Assembly: GCA_963842525.1 (NCBI GenBank)
Contig: CAWJGT010000001.1
Span: forward strand, 128,001 to 192,000
DNA from: an uncultured Holophagales bacterium
GTDB lineage: Bacteria > Acidobacteriota > Thermoanaerobaculia > Multivoradales > UBA5704
Direction: 5' to 3'
DNA: 64,000 bases
Shown here: positions 59,673-64,000 of the stretch, piece after piece
Position numbering within the stretch: position 1 is the stretch's first letter
How the letters are laid out: the number at the start of each line of letters is the position of its first letter
Notes under the pieces: model-generated
Told to the model about the DNA's origin: nothing
The model's input: the letters and a program-made list of their open reading frames with translations, nothing else
The model's database searches: none
Program-made: the position numbers and the translations under genes

Positions 59673-60752
59673 TTACTGTCCTGCGCGGCGGCCGGCTCGC
59701 TGCTGATAGGCCGCGCGGAGGGCCTCGACGAGCCGGTCGTCCACCAGGCCGCGCGGGTTGCCCTCGAAGACGAGGTTGTGGTCCTTGCGGAAGGCGTCGA
59801 CCGCATCCATCGTGGCGGCGTCATAGAGGCCGAAGTCCTTCATGTAGCTCTCCAAGGCTCGGCGCCGCTCGTCGATCTCCTTCTGGTAGCGCTCGGGGTC
59901 GCTGCGCTGGAGCGCCGGGTCCGCCCGTACGACCGGCTCGCGAGGAAATTCCGCGAGGTCCTTCCGCCAGTAGCCGAGGGCGTGGAGCATCCGCTTCAGC
60001 TCGACGACGTCGCGGCCCTGGATCTCCGAGAAGGTCCGGTAGCCCAACCGCCGCTGCGTCGTCCAGTAGATCCGGCGCAGCTCCGCGACCGGATCGGGGC
60101 TCTCGCCGACGTCGATCGAGACGCTCAGGTGGTCGCCGCCGCGGCCGGGGTCGTTGGGGTCCGCGACACGCAGCGCCGCCGACTGAAGGAGCCCCCAGCG
60201 CCGGTCGCCGCCTTTCTCCTGGCCTGCTGCGAGCGCCAGGATCAGCCGCTCGGCGAGCGGCATGCCGGTGCCCTCGGTGCTCTCGAAGTGGTCTGCCACC
60301 GCGTCGATGACCTCGCGTCCGACAAGGATGTTGCCCTGGACCGTGTAGTTGCGCCCCTGGCGGCTCCCAGCCCACGCGCCGTTCTCCGTGCCGGTATGGG
60401 CGGCGGTGCGGCCCTGCATGTCGATCATGCCGAGCTGCCGGCGCTCGCGCCCCTTGTCGTCGGCGAGGAGCCGCTCGATCGCCTCGCGCGGCGCCACACC
60501 CTGCTCGAGCAGGTCGAGCCCCTGCCGGCCGTACTCGACCACGGTCCAGGACTGCGTCGCAACGGCACCGACTCCCGCGCGCGCCCAGGGTACGGCGCGG
60601 CCGACGAAGGGCACACGAGTCGTGACGATCACGCCGGCTTCGCCGGTGGCCGGGTCGATGGCGCATAGGGAGAAGGTGGCCTGCGCGGCGCGCGGCGCCA
60701 AGCCGAGGACCAGCAGGAGCGACAGGGTGATGCGTTGGAGAGTCACAGCCAT
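59673..60752 (-). CDS. DUF1028 (Ntn-hydrolase-like) secreted protein with C-terminal peptidoglycan-binding-like domain
   Basis: Signal peptide then TFS, GVGAVATQS, RQLG, QGNIL, GGDRR. Confidence 0.85.
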   Translation of the reverse strand: MAVTLQRITLSLLLVLGLAPRAAQATFSLCAIDPATGEAGVIVTTRVPFVGRAVPWARAGVGAVATQSWTVVEYGRQGLDLLEQGVAPREAIERLLADDKGRERRQLGMIDMQGRTAAHTGTENGAWAGSRQGRNYTVQGNILVGREVIDAVADHFESTEGTGMPLAERLILALAAGQEKGGDRRWGLLQSAALRVADPNDPGRGGDHLSVSIDVGESPDPVAELRRIYWTTQRRLGYRTFSEIQGRDVVELKRMLHALGYWRKDLAEFPREPVVRADPALQRSDPERYQKEIDERRRALESYMKDFGLYDAATMDAVDAFRKDHNLVFEGNPRGLVDDRLVEALRAAYQQRAGRRAGQ

Positions 60753-60790
60753 CAGGGACCTCCTCGGCAACGGGCTGGGATTTCGGGCAC

Positions 60791-61063
60791 TCAAGCTTTG
60801 ACGAGGGAGCCGCGAGGTGCGGGAGCCCCGCGCAAAAGGCCCTCGGTCGAGAGGTCCTCGTCTATCGCAGGCCAGTGAATGCCATAGCCGCCACCGCTGA
60901 TCTGCCAATCCTGGCGCTGCTCGACCGAGGCATGGAGCAGTCGCGGGAACCAAGCGAGGGGCGTGGTGATGGCACGCCCATCCATCAGCTCGACGGTGAA
61001 GGAATCCTCCGAAAAGGAGATGTCGCGGACTCGCTCGTCAGCTCTTATCGCCATGATGCCCAT
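60791..61063 (-). CDS. DUF2442 protein
   Basis: DGRAITTPLAWFPRL, GIHWPAIDEDLS. Confidence 0.85.
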   Translation of the reverse strand: MGIMAIRADERVRDISFSEDSFTVELMDGRAITTPLAWFPRLLHASVEQRQDWQISGGGYGIHWPAIDEDLSTEGLLRGAPAPRGSLVKA

Positions 61064-61280
61064 GCCATGCCTCCAGAAATGTACCCTGCCTTGCTGCTAC
61101 GATCCGTTCGATGTCGCGAAGCTCGTGGGCCTTGAATCCCAGGTTCCGAGCGAGCACCACCGGGCTGAGCCAGAACTTCGCAGAAAAGTCGTCTCTGTCA
61201 ACATGAACATGAGGCGGCTCATTCGGCTCATGGCTGTGGAAGTAGAAGCGATAGGGTCCGTCCCTCAGGATCGTCGGCAT
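61038..61280 (-). CDS. DUF4160 protein (putative TA partner of DUF2442)
   Basis: MPTILRDGPYRFYF...EPPHVHV...AKFWL. Confidence 0.85.
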   Translation of the reverse strand: MPTILRDGPYRFYFHSHEPNEPPHVHVDRDDFSAKFWLSPVVLARNLGFKAHELRDIERIVAARQGTFLEAWHGHHGDKS

Positions 61281-61353
61281 CGAGAGAGTTATCTTACTAC
61301 GTTCTCTTTGGCCTACGGGAGCATCATCCCAGCCCTGCCCACAGGGCAGCCAC

Positions 61354-61683
61354 TCACTCCCACGGAATATCCGGCATCCGCAACCGCTCGACCTGCCGCC
61401 CCTCTCCCAAAACGGTGGCCTGCAGGATCTCCTCGACATCCTCGACGGTCACCTGCCGGTACCAAAGGTTGTAGGGCCAGACGGCGACCGTGATGCCCTG
61501 GCTGCAGTGCTTGAGGCAGCCGGTGCGGTTGACCATGACGCGGCCGCGGATGCCCAGCTCCTTCACCCGGTCCTTGAAGCGATGGTAGACGTCCATCGAG
61601 CCGCGCGGGCCGCAGCTCGGCTTGGCGGAGCCCGGGGGACGCTCGTTGGTGCAGACGAGGATCTGGATCTGGGGCTTGGGCAT
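61354..61683 (-). CDS. Thioredoxin-like [2Fe-2S] ferredoxin
   Basis: VCTNER...SC...TGCLKHC..G..V.P..WY. Confidence 0.88.
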   Translation of the reverse strand: MPKPQIQILVCTNERPPGSAKPSCGPRGSMDVYHRFKDRVKELGIRGRVMVNRTGCLKHCSQGITVAVWPYNLWYRQVTVEDVEEILQATVLGEGRQVERLRMPDIPWE

Positions 61684-61901
61684 GGCGGGATCATACCGGA
61701 GGGGCGGTTCGGTATGATCGCGGCCTGGAGGGACTCTTGCCCAGCCGATTCGCTCTCGCCCTGCTGGCGCTCTGCGCGCCGGCGACGCTCCTCGCTTTCT
61801 GCGTGGATGCCGCGCCTCTGCGGTGGATCGCGGCGCTGGCGGTCTTTCCTGTGATCTCCATGGACCTGTCGGTCGTCTGAGACACTAATACAGCTTGCGC
61901 C

Positions 61902-64000
61902 ATGGCCAAGATCTTCATCAGCCATTCCAGTGTCGACAATGCTGCGGCCTTGGCGGTCGCGCAATGGCTTGCTGAGAACGGTTGGGACGACTTCTTCCTC
62001 GACATCGAGCCTGCCCGGGGTCTGTCGCCGGGCGAGCGGTGGCAGGAAGCGCTCAAGGCCGCCTCGGACCGTTGCGAAGCGGTGCTCTGCCTGATCTCGC
62101 CCGCTTGGCGCGATTCGCCGTGGTGCATTGCTGAACTCTTTTTCGCGAAGCAGCTTGGCAAGGCCATCTTCGGCGCGTTTATCGAGCCTACGCCGCTGGA
62201 GAGCCTGCCGCGGGAGATGACCGCCGAGTGGCAGTTCTGTGACTTGGTCGAGGGCTCTGCCCGCCGTGTCTTCCAGGTCTGCTCGGACCCCGTCGTTCCT
62301 GCGACCGAGGTCTCGTTCGCCGTTCCAGGCTTCGAGCGCCTCAAGCGTGGCTTGCAGAGGGCGGGCCTCGATGCGGCGACCTTCCCCTGGCCTCCGCCTG
62401 GCGATCCGGACCGCGCGCCCTACCGCGGCTTCAAGGCGCTGGCGGCGGAGGACGCGGCAGTGTTCTTCGGCCGCGAGGCGGACATGGTGCGCGGGCTCGA
62501 CAGCCTGCGCCGGCTGCGCGAGCGGGATGTCGAGCGGATGCTCGTCCTCCTCGGCGCATCCGGGGCGGGGAAGTCCTCGTTTCTGCGGGCGGGACTGTGG
62601 CCGCGCCTCGGCCGCGACGACCGCCGCTTTCTTCCGCTCCCAGTCATCCGGCCGGAGAGGGCCGTCATCGCCGGTCCCTCCGGTCTGGCCGCGAGTCTCG
62701 AAGCCGCCTTCCGCAGACTGAAGCAAGCCCGCAGTCGCGCCGGCATCCGATCGGTGCTGGCCGAGCCGGGAGGGTTGGATCGCCTCCTCGCCGAGCTGCA
62801 ATCGCTCGCCAGCCACCGGCTCGGTCCCGACGCTCCTCCGCCTACCGTGGTCCTCGGGATCGATCAAGCGGAGGAGATGCTCAGCGCGGAGGGGCGGGCG
62901 GAGGCGGAAACCTTTCTGTCCCTGCTCGCACGAGCGCTCGACCCGGCGGGGAGACGTGTGATGGCTGTCCTCGCCATCCGTTCCGACTCCTTCGAGCGGC
63001 TGCAGGCCGAGCCGCTCCTGGCGCGCGCCCAGTGGGCCCTATTCGATCTCCGGCCTCTGGCCCGGGCTGAATATAAAGCGGTCGTCGAAGGGCCGGCCGC
63101 CCGGGCCACCGCCGCCGGGCGGCCGCTGCGCATCGATCCGGAGCTAATTGAACGCCTCCTCGGCGAGGCGGAAGGCGCCGATGCGCTGCCGCTCCTGGCC
63201 TTCACCCTGGAGCGGCTGTTCGTCGAGCATGGGGGGGACGGTGCGCTGAACCTCCCGGAGTACGAGGCCCTGGGCGGTCTCCGCGGCTCTATTGAGGAGG
63301 TAGTCAAGGCCGCCTTCGCCGAGCCCGGGCGCGAGCCCGCCATCCCGGCGGATGAGGCGGAGCGCACACGGCGATTGAAGGAAGGCTTCATCCCCTGGCT
63401 AGCCCGCATCGATCCCGACACCGAGGAGCGCAAACGCCGCGTTGCCCGCAGGGAGGAGTTGCCAGCGGAGTCCCGTCCCCTGATCGAGCGGCTCATCACA
63501 GCGCGCCTTCTCCTCAGTGATCGGCGCAGGGTCGGGGGCCACGACGGCGAAGTGGTGATCGTCGAGGTGGCGCACGAGGCGCTGCTGCGCCAGTGGCCCA
63601 CGCTCACCGCATGGCTCGACGAGGACGCCGCCGAGTTGAAGGCTCTGGAAGCGACGAGGCGGGCGGCCGGCGAGTGGAGGAAGAACGGAGACAAGGCTGA
63701 TTGGCTCACCCACACTGGTGATCGGCTTCGAGCAGCCGAGGTCCTGCGCCAGCGTCCGGACTTCGACCGCCTTCTTGGAGAGGAGGGGAGAGCCTATCTC
63801 AAAGCCTGCCGCCGGCGCGACGACCAACTACAGGAGGAACGGGAAATACAAGCGCGCCGCGTTGCTCGGGCGCAGCGCCGCACGTGGGTACTCCAGGCCC
63901 TCATCACAGTCATTATCCTCTGCGCTGCCATCTCGATCGTCAACCAGACGCGAAGGGTGGCGCGCCAGACCTCTTTGGTACTGGCTGCCAATGCCCTGGC
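61902..64000 (+). CDS. TIR + STAND (nSTAND1-like) NTPase protein, runs off the window end
   Basis: MAKIFISHSS TIR start, PYRGF, FFGRE, GASGAGKSS, LPLLAFTL, VAHEALL, TM segment near 63890-63945; absent from the ORF track because no stop is reached. Confidence 0.85.
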   Translation, partial: MAKIFISHSSVDNAAALAVAQWLAENGWDDFFLDIEPARGLSPGERWQEALKAASDRCEAVLCLISPAWRDSPWCIAELFFAKQLGKAIFGAFIEPTPLESLPREMTAEWQFCDLVEGSARRVFQVCSDPVVPATEVSFAVPGFERLKRGLQRAGLDAATFPWPPPGDPDRAPYRGFKALAAEDAAVFFGREADMVRGLDSLRRLRERDVERMLVLLGASGAGKSSFLRAGLWPRLGRDDRRFLPLPVIRPERAVIAGPSGLAASLEAAFRRLKQARSRAGIRSVLAEPGGLDRLLAELQSLASHRLGPDAPPPTVVLGIDQAEEMLSAEGRAEAETFLSLLARALDPAGRRVMAVLAIRSDSFERLQAEPLLARAQWALFDLRPLARAEYKAVVEGPAARATAAGRPLRIDPELIERLLGEAEGADALPLLAFTLERLFVEHGGDGALNLPEYEALGGLRGSIEEVVKAAFAEPGREPAIPADEAERTRRLKEGFIPWLARIDPDTEERKRRVARREELPAESRPLIERLITARLLLSDRRRVGGHDGEVVIVEVAHEALLRQWPTLTAWLDEDAAELKALEATRRAAGEWRKNGDKADWLTHTGDRLRAAEVLRQRPDFDRLLGEEGRAYLKACRRRDDQLQEEREIQARRVARAQRRTWVLQALITVIILCAAISIVNQTRRVARQTSLVLAANAL

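Noticed and set aside
57474-59745. DGR template/variable repeat pair
   Set aside because: The mismatches are not confined to adenines of one copy on one strand, and no DGR-type RT or accessory gene is nearby
61714-61880. Short hydrophobic reading frame before the TIR gene
   Set aside because: Possibly a truncated membrane-protein remnant, but there is no clear start or motif to support a call

Overview
High-GC bacterial chromosomal window, most consistent with an Acidobacteriota (Thermoanaerobaculia-like) genome given the acidobacterial PadR/ADOP permease pair. Core blocks are the end of an arginine operon (argB-argE-argH), an acyl-CoA catabolic operon, moaA, thiS, tRNA-Lys/tRNA-Leu-tig-clpP-clpX-lon-engB-rho and mqnA-mqnC. 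Accessory content is rich. (i) A group II intron (3243-6748) sits precisely inside a REP-like palindrome, next to a degenerate ~20-bp tandem array, and its RT is split by an IS66 just before the YADD motif. (ii) In a three-element stack at 30.3-35.0 kb, a candidate rolling-circle-like IS (no terminal IRs, TTAG at both junctions, subterminal hairpins, itself hit by a second copy of the IS66) and an IS630 have split one gene; removing them rebuilds a 211-aa Pro-rich protein with a deaminase-toxin-like DAE...CxxC motif. (iii) Defence-type genes include a decayed STAND-TPR-TIR, a SIR2-like protein, an ~1520-aa nuclease-like/NACHT/helical-repeat protein, a TIR-STAND protein and several TA modules or remnants. 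(iv) There are two secreted Cys-rich peptides. Single-base indels in housekeeping genes (argE, argH, moaA, engB) suggest sequencing error, so frameshifts and the apparent EngB-Rho fusion should be treated cautiously. All family calls are from motif recognition; no database searches were run.
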